From the NCBI GenBank assembly GCA_022396035.1, contig JAIOXO010000001.1, positions 129,769-193,768 on the forward strand: 64,000 nt of DNA, read 5' to 3'. Source of the DNA: Actinomycetes bacterium. GTDB lineage: Bacteria > Actinomycetota > Humimicrobiia > Humimicrobiales > Humimicrobiaceae. The position numbers and the translations under genes were made by a program. Below the pieces are notes generated by a model. That model saw only the letters and a program-made list of their open reading frames with translations. It searched no databases and had not been told where the DNA came from. Below are positions 12,841 through 23,933 of this stretch, one piece after another (within the stretch, counting starts at the first letter, position 1; each line of letters begins with the position of its first letter).

Positions 12841-13125
12841 TCATTTGTAATCCATGAACCTGTCAAATACCTCTATAAGCTCCTGAATTTTTTTATCTTT
12901 ATCTTCCTCGGATGAAGAAGACAGCGCAGAAGCCACGCAAGTCTTAACATGGTTCCCCAAAACACCATGGCCTACTTTCTTAAGGCCTCCGCATACTGCA
13001 GAGATTTGCAGCAGTATATCAACGCAGTATTTCCTTTCCTCTACCATCCGCTGCAGCCCCCTGACCTGGCCTTCTATTTTCTTTAGCCTGTTAACAGCAT
13101 CTTTCTGTATTTCCTCAGTTAGCAC
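12841..13125 (-). CDS. csoR: CsoR/RcnR-family metal-sensing repressor
   Basis: DUF156 fold; signature Cys/His ligands (C..H..C in CVDILLQISAV..HGVLGNHVKTC); adjacent to copA. Confidence 0.85.
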   Translation of the reverse strand: MLTEEIQKDAVNRLKKIEGQVRGLQRMVEERKYCVDILLQISAVCGGLKKVGHGVLGNHVKTCVASALSSSSEEDKDKKIQELIEVFDRFMDYK

Positions 13126-13422
13126 TTATACCCTCCCACTATTGGTTTTACTCGTAACCGCACTCCTTCAAGCGGTTTAATCCCAGTTTATGCATGACTT
13201 ATCAATTTATAAAAATCCATTGTAAAAACCTGCAATGTCTGCAGTCCTGACATTAAGCAGGGGTTATAATAATATCACAGCATAATCCTCATTAATACCC
13301 AAGCTCCCCTGATGGGTGCATTATCTTCCTTAATAATGCCCGCTGCCTGTTAATCTGACTTTTAGCCCTGGGTAGATATGATATATATTGCCAGAAAACA
13401 GATATAAAGATCGGGCCTTTCC

Positions 13423-15915
13423 TTATGTAGAACCTGCACTATTTTCAGCCTTCTCCTCTGATATATAGGAAGGTTCAATTTTTGCCTTCCTTATGCGGGT
13501 TGAATTAAGCACCACGCTCAAGGAGCTTGTGGCCATAGCCGCAGCCCCAATTATGGGGTGGATTAGCCCCAGAAAGGCAGCGGGGATAGCTATGGCATTA
13601 TAGAACCAGGCCCAGAAATAGTTCTGCCTGATCTTATTAAAAGTGGCATTAGACAGTTTTATTGCAGATATAATGGAACTGAGGTCTCCCCTCACAAGGG
13701 TGATATCTGCTGATTCTATGGCTATATCGGTACCAGCGCCGATGGCTATTCCCACATTGGCCTGTTTTAGGGCCGGAGCATCGTTTATGCCGTCCCCTAC
13801 CATGGCTACATTTTCAAATTCCTCCTGAAGCTTCTTTATTTCATCCACTTTCCCGTCCGGCAGAACCTCGGCCAGATATCTGCTCATGCCCACCTTGCGG
13901 GCAATGGCTTTGGCAGTTCTCTGGTTATCTCCGGTGATCATGACTGTTCTCATTCCCATTTTCTCTATCTCTGCAATAGCCTTTGCCGAGTCTTCTTTAA
14001 GGGTATCGGCTACGGCTATAATACCTGCAAGCTTTCCATCCACCGCCACCAGCATAGCTGTCTTTGCTTCGTCTTCCAGGCCCTCCAGTTCTTTCATATG
14101 TTGTTGGTAAGAGATTTTTTCTGTCTCCATTAATTTGGGGCTCCCTACCAGAACCTTTTTTTGGTCTATGCTGCCGTAAACGCCTTTTCCGGTTACCGAA
14201 GAGAAGTCTCTGACTTCTTTTAAGCCTATATTTCTTTCTTTAGCCTGTTTTACCATAGCCTCGCCCAGAGGATGCTCAGAAGCAGCTTCCACGCTGGCAG
14301 CATAAACAAGGAGATCCCTGTCAATAAAACCATTAAGGGGGATAAGGTCGGTGACCTCTGGTTTTCCTTTGGTTATTGTACCTGTTTTGTCAAAAGCAAT
14401 TACCCTTATATTCTTCATCGTCTGTATGGCTTCGCCTTTCCTGATTAAAATCCCTTTTTCAGCTCCCAAGCCGCTGCCCACCATGATAGCTGTGGGGGTA
14501 GCCAATCCCAGTGCGCAGGGGCAGGAGATAACCAGAACGGCTATGGTAGCCAGTATGGCCAGTGAAAAAACCGGTATAGCAGTAGTGCTCCAGGGAAAAT
14601 TAAAATATTCAACAATAGCTATGTGGAAATCAGGAAAAACCATCCAGGAGACAAAAGCGAGGATGGATACAACAATCACCACCGGCACAAAGTACCCGGT
14701 AACCCGGTCTGCAAATTCCTGGATGGGCACCTTGGATCCCTGGCATTCTTCTACCATTTTAATAACCTGAGCCAGAAAGGTATCCTTGCCCACTTTTGTA
14801 GCCTTTACTTTTAACAAGCCGTGCTTGTTAATAGTGGAGCCAATTACAGCGTCCCCCTTTACTCTTCTCACCGGCAGTGATTCTCCGGTGGCCATGGATT
14901 CGTCTACCGTGCTCTGGCCGTCAATTACCACCCCGTCCGAGGGAATTTTTTCACCAGGACGGACCACCATGACCTGCCCCACCCGCACTTCCTCAACAGG
15001 AACCTCTATTTCTTTTCCTTCCACCATAATGCGCGCATTCTTTGCTTCCAGCTCAAGCAGCTTTTTAATCGCCTGTGAAGCCCTTCCCTTGGCCTTTGCT
15101 TCCAGATACCTTCCTACCAAATGAAGGGTAAGGATAGCAGTAGCCATCTCCACAAAAGAGGTGATTGGAAGCCAGAAAGTCAAAATATTAAGCAGATAGG
15201 GGACCAAAGAGCCCAGGGTTACCAGCGTATCCATATTGGGGCTAAGGTTTTTTATTGACTTAAACGCACCGCGGTGCGTTTCCCAACCGGCAATAAATAT
15301 TACCGGAAAACCAAGGATATATATAATCGGAAAATAATAGGGAATGGCTACCACAAACATATGTATAGCCATCATAATCATGATAGGGCCGGCCAAGGAA
15401 ATTGCAAACCACATCCGCCTTGCAGTATGTGACATCTGCTCCATGGCTTTATCTTTTTCCTCTTCCTTTTTTTCTCCGGTTAATTCATATCCCAGGCCCT
15501 GCACGATTTTTTTAAATTCCACCTGGCTGATAGCCGAGGGGTCGTATTTAACCGTCAGTTTTTCCATAGGAAAATTGACGCTGGCCCGCACAACTCCATC
15601 CCTGCTGTTTAATTCCTTTTCTATTTTCTGGGCACAGCTTGCACAGCTCATGCCTGAAATTTTGAAGGTAACGGTTAATGCCTCTTCCTGGCTTGCCTTT
15701 GCATCATATCCTTCATTCCTTATTACTTCTATCAGCTTTTCCTCATTTACCCTCCGAAAATCATAGCTTATAAAAGCCTTTTCAGCTGCAAAGTTTACCC
15801 GGGCAGACTCGACTCCTTCCGTTTTTGAAAGCGCCTTTTCAATCCGCTGGGCACAGCTGGCACAGCTCATGCCTATTAATGCTAACGCAATCTTTTCATT
15901 CTTTACTTTATTCAT
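13423..15915 (-). CDS. copA: Copper-translocating P1B-type ATPase with two N-terminal HMA domains
   Basis: Two [12 protein letters not shown] motifs; TM CPC motif [11 protein letters not shown]; phosphorylation site DKTGTIT; [10 protein letters not shown] hinge. Confidence 0.95.
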   Translation of the reverse strand: MNKVKNEKIALALIGMSCASCAQRIEKALSKTEGVESARVNFAAEKAFISYDFRRVNEEKLIEVIRNEGYDAKASQEEALTVTFKISGMSCASCAQKIEKELNSRDGVVRASVNFPMEKLTVKYDPSAISQVEFKKIVQGLGYELTGEKKEEEKDKAMEQMSHTARRMWFAISLAGPIMIMMAIHMFVVAIPYYFPIIYILGFPVIFIAGWETHRGAFKSIKNLSPNMDTLVTLGSLVPYLLNILTFWLPITSFVEMATAILTLHLVGRYLEAKAKGRASQAIKKLLELEAKNARIMVEGKEIEVPVEEVRVGQVMVVRPGEKIPSDGVVIDGQSTVDESMATGESLPVRRVKGDAVIGSTINKHGLLKVKATKVGKDTFLAQVIKMVEECQGSKVPIQEFADRVTGYFVPVVIVVSILAFVSWMVFPDFHIAIVEYFNFPWSTTAIPVFSLAILATIAVLVISCPCALGLATPTAIMVGSGLGAEKGILIRKGEAIQTMKNIRVIAFDKTGTITKGKPEVTDLIPLNGFIDRDLLVYAASVEAASEHPLGEAMVKQAKERNIGLKEVRDFSSVTGKGVYGSIDQKKVLVGSPKLMETEKISYQQHMKELEGLEDEAKTAMLVAVDGKLAGIIAVADTLKEDSAKAIAEIEKMGMRTVMITGDNQRTAKAIARKVGMSRYLAEVLPDGKVDEIKKLQEEFENVAMVGDGINDAPALKQANVGIAIGAGTDIAIESADITLVRGDLSSIISAIKLSNATFNKIRQNYFWAWFYNAIAIPAAFLGLIHPIIGAAAMATSSLSVVLNSTRIRKAKIEPSYISEEKAENSAGST

Positions 15916-16077
15916 ATATCTTAAAGCCCCTCCTGCAAGCTATATAATTATAAGTGGCATTTTTTTAAATACTACAGCATCAAACTTCTTTCGCAAATTA
16001 TCAATTTAACAGGCTAATAAATCATCCAAATAGCTACCAGCCCTTTTGGCCTCTTTAGTCATAAATTGTTAATTACA

Positions 16078-16620
16078 TTATCCATTTTTCCATTTAAACT
16101 GTATAGGTTTTCTCTCATCTATACTCTCAATAGTTAATTTTACCCACTCTACATCCTCTTCCAGAAGCGAATCCCCGCCCTCCAAATTGGGAACCATTAA
16201 TACCCCCATGATATGGGATTCATTACTGTGTTCATGTTCCTGCCACTCGAATCCCTGGCTAACCTTTCTTCCTTTGCTGTCCTCCAGGGTTACTGAATCT
16301 GTTATTTTATAATCACCTACCTTTTCGGTGTATATATCTATCATAACTTGGAAAACCAGATAGTTGTCTCCCATTTCCTGGAATGGGTTTAAAAAAATTA
16401 CCTGAGCCTGTATTCCGTCTTTAACCGGGTCGCCGTTAATTTGGCAAAACTGCAAAAACTGCTCCCGGGATATTGGCTGATTAAGATCCAGCATATTTTC
16501 TTCTACCGCCGGCTGTTCATCGGGAACAAACTCATAATCGCTTGAAACCCGATCCAATCCAAATGCTGCCAGAATTGATAATATAAAAACAACCACGGTA
16601 ATTAAATTAAACCTTTTCAT
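16078..16620 (-). CDS. Secreted hypothetical protein (signal peptide)
   Basis: N-terminal signal sequence MKRFNLITVVVFILSILAAFG; 4-nt overlap with the upstream membrane protein (same operon). Confidence 0.5.
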   Translation of the reverse strand: MKRFNLITVVVFILSILAAFGLDRVSSDYEFVPDEQPAVEENMLDLNQPISREQFLQFCQINGDPVKDGIQAQVIFLNPFQEMGDNYLVFQVMIDIYTEKVGDYKITDSVTLEDSKGRKVSQGFEWQEHEHSNESHIMGVLMVPNLEGGDSLLEEDVEWVKLTIESIDERKPIQFKWKNG

Positions 16621-18932
16621 CTCCCCAGTCTCCAGCCCTTTTCATAAAGAGGCATCAACAAAAACAGCAATAGATAAATAAGTGCCCCTGCTGCCAGAGT
16701 ATAGGTAAAACCTAATTTCATAGAAATTATGACAGCCAATACCGAACCTCCCACCGACATGATACCGTTTACCCCCCATACAAGGGGAACGGCGTTTTCC
16801 TTTTTTGCCTTTTTTAATATCCTGATTCCGTAGGGAAAGGGCATGCCCATAAAAAACCCCAGAGGGAAAAGTATACCCACAGAAGTTAACATCCTTATAT
16901 CATTGGATGAAACAATCCATTTATTCATAAGCCCGGTTAATAGGAAATAAACGGCAGCTGTTAAAAATGGAATAACCAGCAGAGGCAGGTATTTGCCCCT
17001 CCATTGAAATTTTCTCCAGCTCCCTACCAGACTGCCTGTTCCTCCGCCCGCCAGCAAAGCAATCAAGGTAATTATAAAGGAGCGGGTGGGATGCCCCAAC
17101 AGAAGTGAGAACATCTGTATGAGGGGAATCTCGATCAGCATAAATGCTGTGCCCAGTCCAATGAAATAGTATGGTGACCTCTTCATATTGTTCCTTTTGA
17201 AGGCAGGTTTGAAAAACAATGGTGCCAGCAGGGCTGCAGCCAGCAGGCTGACCAAAACCATATCCACTCCCCGGTTAAAATCAAAGAAAAACGGTTTGTT
17301 GTCAGTAGTGGGCACAAAGTTCATATTCTCCTTAAAGTAATAATCTGAGGTGCTTAAATTACCATCGCTAAATCCCTTCAAGATGCTGTCCTCTTTTAAA
17401 TAAGGAAGATGAAGCGGGGAATGCATACGGCTATCTATAATCTCTTGAAGCTGCCCTGTTTCAGGTATGGTAAACGGTGATTTTTTAACCACTACCAGCG
17501 GCATTAAAATATTATCATCATGGCTTTCCCCACTATTTTGACTGACCATCACAATATGGCTGGCAATCTGACTTCTGTCTACTCCAGCCTCTTCCAAGGC
17601 TTCTGCTATAGTCAGGGTCATTTTTCTCAAATCATTAGCATCATGGAGAATAAAAGATATTCTGCCATCATCATCCAAAACTGACCAATAATCCCTGATG
17701 GCTTCTTTTGTATAAATAAAATTCTCAGCTAAGGCATAACCCGTCGTCTCTGCAACCCCAGTCATAACCTGGGCAAGATAGATTATATCGTATTGCTCCC
17801 CGGACTGTTTTACAAAATTTCTTCCATCCTGGATGAATGTATCAACCTCATCCCTTCCATAAATATCTCCATTGTATTGGGCATATCTTTTGACCATATC
17901 CACACTTCCGCCGCTGATTTCAACCGCGTCAATGTCTTTGCTGCCGGCCAGCAATGCCAATACTATATCCTTTCCGCCCCCTGGTCCTATAAGAAGTACC
18001 TTTTCATTCTTCCCCATATCAAACGGCAAATAGTTTAAATCTTCTCTGAGATACTCCATTTTGCTTAAATCTCCGTCAAATCGCAGCATCTGGGAGTTTG
18101 CCCCGCCATCTATGGTAACTACTTTACTTTTATCATCATTAGAGGTATCAATAACATCGGTCCTTGAATAAGCATCCCAGGACCAATCTTCCAGCTTGTG
18201 CTCTAGGTTTGCCATTCTAATCCTTGCCAGTGAAGTCATTGGGCTTGTAAAATATCCCCTGAACCTGCTTTCAAATTGTTCAACTCCGGGCTGGTAGGAC
18301 CCCACCAGCACTAAAACCGCCATAAAAACAATTGATGCTAATCTCAGCTTACTGTTATTTAGCCTCCAGGCTAAAATAAGGGCAGAGATAAGGGCAAATC
18401 CGGAAACAAGCAGTATTGTATTGGCAACACCCAGCTGATTCATAAAAATGACTACACCCAGACTGCCAGCCCCCGCGCCAAAAAGATCGGCGAAGTATAA
18501 CCTGTGGCTATCTTCCGGCATGATTTTAAAAATTGTGGAAATAAAGATTCCCCCTAAAATATAGGGAATAGCAGCCAGAAGGGAATAAAACACAAACAGA
18601 TTCATAAACGGCAGTTTAAATATCAGCGAAAAAATACCTATATATGATGCTGATAACAGTAAAAGCCATCCCGGGAGCCGGCTTATAAGCTGTTTTTCAG
18701 TACTCTTCCTGCCCAATCTATAGACAATCATTCCTCCTATGCCCAAGCCAAATATAGCCATCGAAGTCAGCATAAACACAAAATGGTACCTGAGCATAGG
18801 AGAAAACACCCTGGTAAGGACGACCTGGAAGACAAACATGGATACTGATACTAAAAATAAGCTTACCAGCAATGGCGGCAGGGAAATGCTTCTACTTAGA
18901 TTATCTCTTTTTAATTTATTCTCTTTCATCAA
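16617..18932 (-). CDS. Fused polytopic membrane / spermidine-synthase-like (PABS) protein
   Basis: About 8 N-terminal TM helices. A central methyltransferase-fold GxGxG (VLLIGPGGGKD..DAVEISGGSVDMVKRY) is typical of the spermidine synthase family. C-terminal TM bundle. Confidence 0.7.
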   Translation of the reverse strand: MMKENKLKRDNLSRSISLPPLLVSLFLVSVSMFVFQVVLTRVFSPMLRYHFVFMLTSMAIFGLGIGGMIVYRLGRKSTEKQLISRLPGWLLLLSASYIGIFSLIFKLPFMNLFVFYSLLAAIPYILGGIFISTIFKIMPEDSHRLYFADLFGAGAGSLGVVIFMNQLGVANTILLVSGFALISALILAWRLNNSKLRLASIVFMAVLVLVGSYQPGVEQFESRFRGYFTSPMTSLARIRMANLEHKLEDWSWDAYSRTDVIDTSNDDKSKVVTIDGGANSQMLRFDGDLSKMEYLREDLNYLPFDMGKNEKVLLIGPGGGKDIVLALLAGSKDIDAVEISGGSVDMVKRYAQYNGDIYGRDEVDTFIQDGRNFVKQSGEQYDIIYLAQVMTGVAETTGYALAENFIYTKEAIRDYWSVLDDDGRISFILHDANDLRKMTLTIAEALEEAGVDRSQIASHIVMVSQNSGESHDDNILMPLVVVKKSPFTIPETGQLQEIIDSRMHSPLHLPYLKEDSILKGFSDGNLSTSDYYFKENMNFVPTTDNKPFFFDFNRGVDMVLVSLLAAALLAPLFFKPAFKRNNMKRSPYYFIGLGTAFMLIEIPLIQMFSLLLGHPTRSFIITLIALLAGGGTGSLVGSWRKFQWRGKYLPLLVIPFLTAAVYFLLTGLMNKWIVSSNDIRMLTSVGILFPLGFFMGMPFPYGIRILKKAKKENAVPLVWGVNGIMSVGGSVLAVIISMKLGFTYTLAAGALIYLLLFLLMPLYEKGWRLGR

Positions 18933-19040
18933 TTAAACCTACCCAGACATTTCTGCCTGCTGTCCTATTATTTGTTAAATCATCCCCGCCGGATAAAGAA
19001 GCCAGGGTAAATGCTCCAAGTTTTTTACCGGTTAGCTTTT

Positions 19041-19259
19041 TTAGTGGCATGTTTTACGTTTCCCATCACCTGAATCGGAAAGGTTTTGGATAAAATTCTT
19101 ATCTATCCCCCCGCCTACAAAGCTCTGCGGATTCTCTTTAAAGGTCTGCCTGCAGGCAGCCGAATCAAAATAATAGGTTCTGCCGTTTAATTTATACCGA
19201 TATGGAGTTTTTTTTCCAACCTTCACCTTGCATACCGGATCCTTGGCTCTGCCCCACAT
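19041..19259 (-). CDS. YHS/TRASH-domain metal-binding protein
   Basis: DPVCKVKV..GRTYYFDSAACRQTFKENP matches the YHS consensus (DPVCGM..YYFCS..C...F..NP). Confidence 0.7.
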   Translation of the reverse strand: MWGRAKDPVCKVKVGKKTPYRYKLNGRTYYFDSAACRQTFKENPQSFVGGGIDKNFIQNLSDSGDGKRKTCH

Positions 19260-19394
19260 AATTTCCCCCTTTATGCTTTTTTTTCCTGTTGATTTAAATA
19301 GCTTTGCGGCTTCAGCATTTTCCCTGGATTTCCATAAGGATAAATAATTTCTTTTTAAGCAATTAAATGATGATTCTGCGTAGCAACAACTGTT

Positions 19395-19556
19395 TCATTC
19401 TTTTTTTCCTAAATATTTCTCAGGGAATTTTTCAAACTGAGTCTTGCAGCCTTCTGCACAGAAATAATAAGTTCTACCTTTATATTCTGAAGTTGCCGCT
19501 GCTCCACTTTTGTCAATTTTCATTCCGCAAACCGGATCTATTACTTTTTCTGCCAT
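19395..19556 (-). CDS. YHS/TRASH-domain metal-binding protein (53 aa, absent from the ORF track)
   Basis: Manual translation of the minus strand gives MAEKVIDPVCGMKIDKSGAAATSEYKGRTYYFCAEGCKTQFEKFPEKYLGKKE*, a textbook YHS domain, with RBS and promoter upstream. Confidence 0.65.
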   Translation of the reverse strand: MAEKVIDPVCGMKIDKSGAAATSEYKGRTYYFCAEGCKTQFEKFPEKYLGKKE

Positions 19557-19597
19557 TTTATTCACCTCCCATCATTTAGCTTTAAGTAAAAATACAT

Positions 19598-19650
19598 ATT
19601 ATACCCTTACAGGGTACCTGTATAATACCTTTAATTTTTATGGGTGTCAA
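19598..19650 (-). promoter_or_regulatory. Promoter with overlapping palindromic operator upstream of the YHS/copper operon
   Basis: Minus strand: TTGACA (19650..19645), a 17-nt spacer, TATTAT (19627..19622), then the palindrome TACCCTGTAAGGGTA (19616..19602) and a second TATAAT. A homologous element lies at 25471-25522. Confidence 0.5.
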
Positions 19651-19980
19651 GTGCACCATTGCTTTAAGTATTTTTTAACTGCGGCTTCCAGGCTCAAAGT
19701 CAAAAACAGAGCCCTGTTTAATCCTATTATACGAGAACAATGATTATAAAAGGCATCTCTTAAAAAAATATCTGCATATTCCGGTTAAGCCGGACACCTG
19801 TTCCGGGTTTATAAATTCAGAAGGCCTTGCAGAAAAAATACTATAGCCGGAATTGAAAAGTGAATATAAATTCCTCTGATTTTTTTTATAAGGCAGCCTT
19901 CACTGAAAAACGGCCCGGGGGAAATTAGATAAGCCCATACAATTTAAATCTAATAATTAGAAAGCTAAATCATAAGCTCA

Positions 19981-20778
19981 TTATGTTTCTAATTTTTTTT
20001 CTTCCTTAAATTTCCTTATTACATAGCCGCTAATAAAAAGAGCAGCAGCTAAAGCAATTATATTTATAACATAAACAACCTTTATTGTTCCGATATATGA
20101 ACTATCTATCCTGTATGACTCTATAAAGGTTCTATAAACAGCATATACGCCCAGATACATCGAAAATATCAAACCAGAGGGAATTCTATTTGGTTTATTT
20201 TTATAAAACCTGTGCATTACCAGAAGCAGAAAGAATAAAGAAAAATTTATAACTGACTCATAAAAAAAAGTAGGATGGAAATACTCGTAGCTTGCATAAC
20301 CATAGGGCCTGTGTGCAGGATCAATGTAAATACCCCAGGGGAGGCTGGTTGGCCTTCCAAAAGCTTCCTGATTAAAATAATTGCCCCATCTGCCTATGGC
20401 CTGGCCCAGAATTAAAGCCGGTACCAGGATATCAGCCCATAACCAAAGGTCTAATTTCCTTATTTTAACAAACAGCAAAAGGGCGATAAAGCCGCCCATG
20501 ATAACCCCGTGGATGGCAAGACCGCCGCTTCTGAAACTTAATATAAGGGCCGGATGGTTGATATAATAGGACCAGTTAACTGCAACATGCAGGAGTCTGG
20601 CACCAATTATGGAAAGTATTATTGCAAAGGGTGCAAAATTTAATATTTCCTCTTCTTTTTGGCCTCTGTATTTTGCAAGCAAATAGCTTACCAACAGTCC
20701 GGTTATAAGGGATACGGAAATTAAAATTCCGTACCATCTTACTTCTAATCCTAACACACTAAAAGCAGTAGGATCCAT
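19981..20778 (-). CDS. lgt: Prolipoprotein diacylglyceryl transferase
   Basis: Length and TM topology fit Lgt; conserved N-terminus (LGLEVRWYGILI) and an Lgt signature region (GNYFNQEAFG). Confidence 0.85.
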   Translation of the reverse strand: MDPTAFSVLGLEVRWYGILISVSLITGLLVSYLLAKYRGQKEEEILNFAPFAIILSIIGARLLHVAVNWSYYINHPALILSFRSGGLAIHGVIMGGFIALLLFVKIRKLDLWLWADILVPALILGQAIGRWGNYFNQEAFGRPTSLPWGIYIDPAHRPYGYASYEYFHPTFFYESVINFSLFFLLLVMHRFYKNKPNRIPSGLIFSMYLGVYAVYRTFIESYRIDSSYIGTIKVVYVINIIALAAALFISGYVIRKFKEEKKLET

Positions 20779-20996
20779 TTTAAATATTTCTCCTTATATA
20801 TATTTTTGTACCGTATTTTCTAATTTATCCTCTAACTGATATAAAAATCTATGCTTCTATACCCCTACCTGGTATCTGTATATACTACAGCCATTGCTGC
20901 TGCGTGTCAAGCTCTGTACCGGTTAGCTTATTATTTACATAAACAATCTTCCAATTTAAGGCCACTGCTTTCTTCCTTAAAAGGTTTATATCCTTT

Positions 20997-21683
20997 TTAT
21001 GCTCTAAGGTTTGAAAAAAATACATTCAGTTTAAAAAACACAAATAATTCCAAAGATGTCAGGGCTAAGGATATTACTGAAGGCAATATAAGATATCTGC
21101 TTATTACCCTTCGGGCTTTATTGGCAAACATTGGTATCAAAATTATCATTAGAAGGTTCACAAAATAAAAGGTGAATATTACTGAAAAAGCAGAAAGGTA
21201 GTAATAGAATAGTGATAAGAAACCAAGCCGAAGCAGGGTCATGATTATAAAAAATATCAGTATTAAAAAATAGACTATTAATTTTATTGGACTTTTGAAA
21301 ATTTTTAAGTCATCAGACTTTTGGTAATACTGCCTGTTAAATACCGGAAATATAATAGCTGTAATTGATGACCCTGCTAAAAATCCAGTTATAAACCTTA
21401 TATTATTGCTTGATTCATATATACCCAAATGAGACAGCACCCAATCTATTGCAGTTGATGCAATTAATAGAAAGAAAATTATTAGAACATATACTGACGC
21501 TAATTCATTTTCTTTGCTGAACAAAAAAAACAGTATTATTGCTGAAATCAAAAAGCCAAGGTATATACCTGTAGTTCTTCCACACAATGGCAGATAAATA
21601 CCTCCTATTACCAGGGTTCTGGAAGGTATCTGGTGGCAAACCGAAGAACCAATTTTATTTGCTAAAAAATAGATAAAGACCAT
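20997..21683 (-). CDS. DUF2085-family membrane protein
   Basis: CHQIPSRT..LPLCGRTTGIY motif typical of DUF2085; multiple TM helices. Confidence 0.55.
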   Translation of the reverse strand: MVFIYFLANKIGSSVCHQIPSRTLVIGGIYLPLCGRTTGIYLGFLISAIILFFLFSKENELASVYVLIIFFLLIASTAIDWVLSHLGIYESSNNIRFITGFLAGSSITAIIFPVFNRQYYQKSDDLKIFKSPIKLIVYFLILIFFIIMTLLRLGFLSLFYYYLSAFSVIFTFYFVNLLMIILIPMFANKARRVISRYLILPSVISLALTSLELFVFFKLNVFFSNLRA

Positions 21684-21762
21684 ATTTTTTAAACTGGAAG
21701 TTATGCAGCCATATTAATTTTGTTGCCTGAATCCCTTTAAGGATTTAGGCAACAAAAAAAGC

Positions 21763-22440
21763 TTATAAAAATTTATTCTTTTGCGTGGCTGCGTGGCTGC
21801 CTTTCTTTGGAAACCTAAACATAAATGCTGAAACATTACTCCTGTATTCCACATAGCTTAAACCAAATATCCTTTCCATTTCTTTTTCTTCTCTTTTAGA
21901 CAGAGCTATATAAAAGAAAATAAGGACAGGCCACATCAAAATAGTTATGATTGTAGGCCATTGGATCATGGCTCCAGTAGTTACAAAAAATATGCCTAAG
22001 TACTGGGGATGCCGGATATATCCATAAATACCGTCGGTAACCAGCTGGTTGTCAGCTCTATGGATTTTTCTCCATCCGGCTACTATCACCCAGATTCCCC
22101 CAACCATAACCAGACTCCCCAGCAGGCAGATAAGTGCTCCTGCCCAGTTTGGGAGGCCCAGCAGTGTTCCCCAGAGATGGCCTTTCAAGTGGCTAAAGGG
22201 GTCGTTTATGCCTAATTTATTTATCAGCAATGGTGAAAGAAAATATATGGTTAGCGGAAAACCGTACATCTCTAAAAATAATGCCACTATAAAACCGGTA
22301 AAGACGCCCAGCGATCTCCATTCGTATTTTTTTTTGTTTTTGGGCAGCAAAAAACTAAATATAAAAAAGACAAATATTGAAATATGAATTATAGCCAGGG
22401 GCCAAAGACCGTAATCATAAATTCTGCCCAAACCATCCAT
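21763..22440 (-). CDS. Isoprenylcysteine carboxyl methyltransferase (ICMT/PEMT)-family membrane methyltransferase
   Basis: C-terminal signature GIYGYIRHPQYLG....REE.EM...FG..Y..Y typical of ICMT/PEM family enzymes. Confidence 0.75.
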   Translation of the reverse strand: MDGLGRIYDYGLWPLAIIHISIFVFFIFSFLLPKNKKKYEWRSLGVFTGFIVALFLEMYGFPLTIYFLSPLLINKLGINDPFSHLKGHLWGTLLGLPNWAGALICLLGSLVMVGGIWVIVAGWRKIHRADNQLVTDGIYGYIRHPQYLGIFFVTTGAMIQWPTIITILMWPVLIFFYIALSKREEKEMERIFGLSYVEYRSNVSAFMFRFPKKGSHAATQKNKFL

Positions 22441-22499
22441 CTATGGTCTCCCGCTTCCTTTAAACCTTATAATAACGTGTAATTTCCAGCCAAAGTTAA

Positions 22500-23912
22500 C
22501 TATAAATTCTTTATCTCCGAAAGCAGTTTTTGCAGAGTATCTTTTGCATCCCCGAAAAGCATTCGTGTTTTATCATGATAAAACAAAGAATTCTCAATTG
22601 CTGCATATCCCTTACCCATTCCCCGTTTCATTACAATTATATTCTTAGCTTCCCGGGCATTGATAATGGGCATTCCGTAAATAGGGCTGGAGGGATCATC
22701 TATGGCTGCCGGATTCACCACATCATTGGCGCCTATAATAATTGCAACATCGGTGTTGGGCATATCCGGATTTATCTCATCCATCTCTACTAATTTTTCG
22801 TAAGGTACATCTGCTTCTGCAAGCAGTACGTTCATATGCCCTGGCATCCTTCCGGCAACCGGGTGGATGGCATATTTTACTTCCACTCCCCGTTCGGTAA
22901 GCAACTTATCCAGTTCGCTGCAAACATGCTGTGCCTGGGCAGCAGCCAATCCATAACCGGGAATGATAACCACCTTCTTGCTGTAATTAAGCAATACGGA
23001 GGCATCGCTAAGCGAAATTTCTTTAATGGTTCCCATTTCCTTTTCCCCTGCAGCCGCACCTCCACCACCAAATGCTCCTATAATAACGCTTAACAAAGAG
23101 CGATTCATTGCTTTGCACATCAACAGGGTAAGGATGGTTCCTGCGGCGCCTACAAATATACCGCCCAGTATCATTGCTTGGTTGTCATAAATAAAACCGG
23201 CCATGGCGGCAGCTATTCCCGTAAACGAATTCAATAATGAAATCACTACCGGCATATCGGCGCCGCCGATAGGCATAACGAAAAATACCCCATAAACCAG
23301 AGAGAGTGCAAACAGGGAATAAAGCAATATTTCTGGGGCAACTATTGGACTCTCAGCAACCAGCATAAAAGCAGTAATTCCCACTATAAGTGCCAGCATA
23401 AGCAGATTCACATATTTCATGGCAGGTGATTTCCAATCCTTTATTTTGCCATTTAACTTTCCATAGGCAATCATGCTTCCACTGAATGCTATGCTCCCGA
23501 TAATCAATCCAAGCAGTGTTACCAGCGGCGATGTATTTTTAAGGTTGGAAAACTCCATTAATGCAACCAGTGCTGATGCTCCTCCTCCGGTAGCATTATA
23601 AAAAGATACCATCTGGGGCATGGCGGTCATTTTTACCCTCCGGGCAATAACTGAACCAACCACTGTCCCTACCGAAATAACCGCTATGATAACAATTGTA
23701 TTGGTTAAAGGTATATTGTTTCCGCTATTGTCTCTGTGCAAAATAAGCGTGGTGACGATAGCCAGCAACATTCCTGCTGCAGCCCATAAATTACCCCGTT
23801 TTGCCGATTCGGGTTTGCTTAATAATTTAAGGCCAACCACAAATAATATTGCCGCTACTAGGTAGCTAAAATCAAGAATGGTTTTTCCATATTGTATGGT
23901 ATTTCCAAACAT
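22500..23912 (-). CDS. pntB: NAD(P) transhydrogenase subunit beta
   Basis: N-terminal TM domain plus the C-terminal NADP(H)-binding dIII domain (GYGLAAAQAQ, AGRMPGHMNVLLAEA). Confidence 0.9.
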   Translation of the reverse strand: MFGNTIQYGKTILDFSYLVAAILFVVGLKLLSKPESAKRGNLWAAAGMLLAIVTTLILHRDNSGNNIPLTNTIVIIAVISVGTVVGSVIARRVKMTAMPQMVSFYNATGGGASALVALMEFSNLKNTSPLVTLLGLIIGSIAFSGSMIAYGKLNGKIKDWKSPAMKYVNLLMLALIVGITAFMLVAESPIVAPEILLYSLFALSLVYGVFFVMPIGGADMPVVISLLNSFTGIAAAMAGFIYDNQAMILGGIFVGAAGTILTLLMCKAMNRSLLSVIIGAFGGGGAAAGEKEMGTIKEISLSDASVLLNYSKKVVIIPGYGLAAAQAQHVCSELDKLLTERGVEVKYAIHPVAGRMPGHMNVLLAEADVPYEKLVEMDEINPDMPNTDVAIIIGANDVVNPAAIDDPSSPIYGMPIINAREAKNIIVMKRGMGKGYAAIENSLFYHDKTRMLFGDAKDTLQKLLSEIKNL

Positions 23913-23933
23913 ATCTCTATTACCCGTTCAATG

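Noticed and set aside
13643-15766. Several plus-strand ORFs (61-140 aa) inside copA
   Set aside because: Antisense to a highly conserved P-type ATPase with Ser/Thr/Ala-rich low-complexity translations typical of antisense frames.
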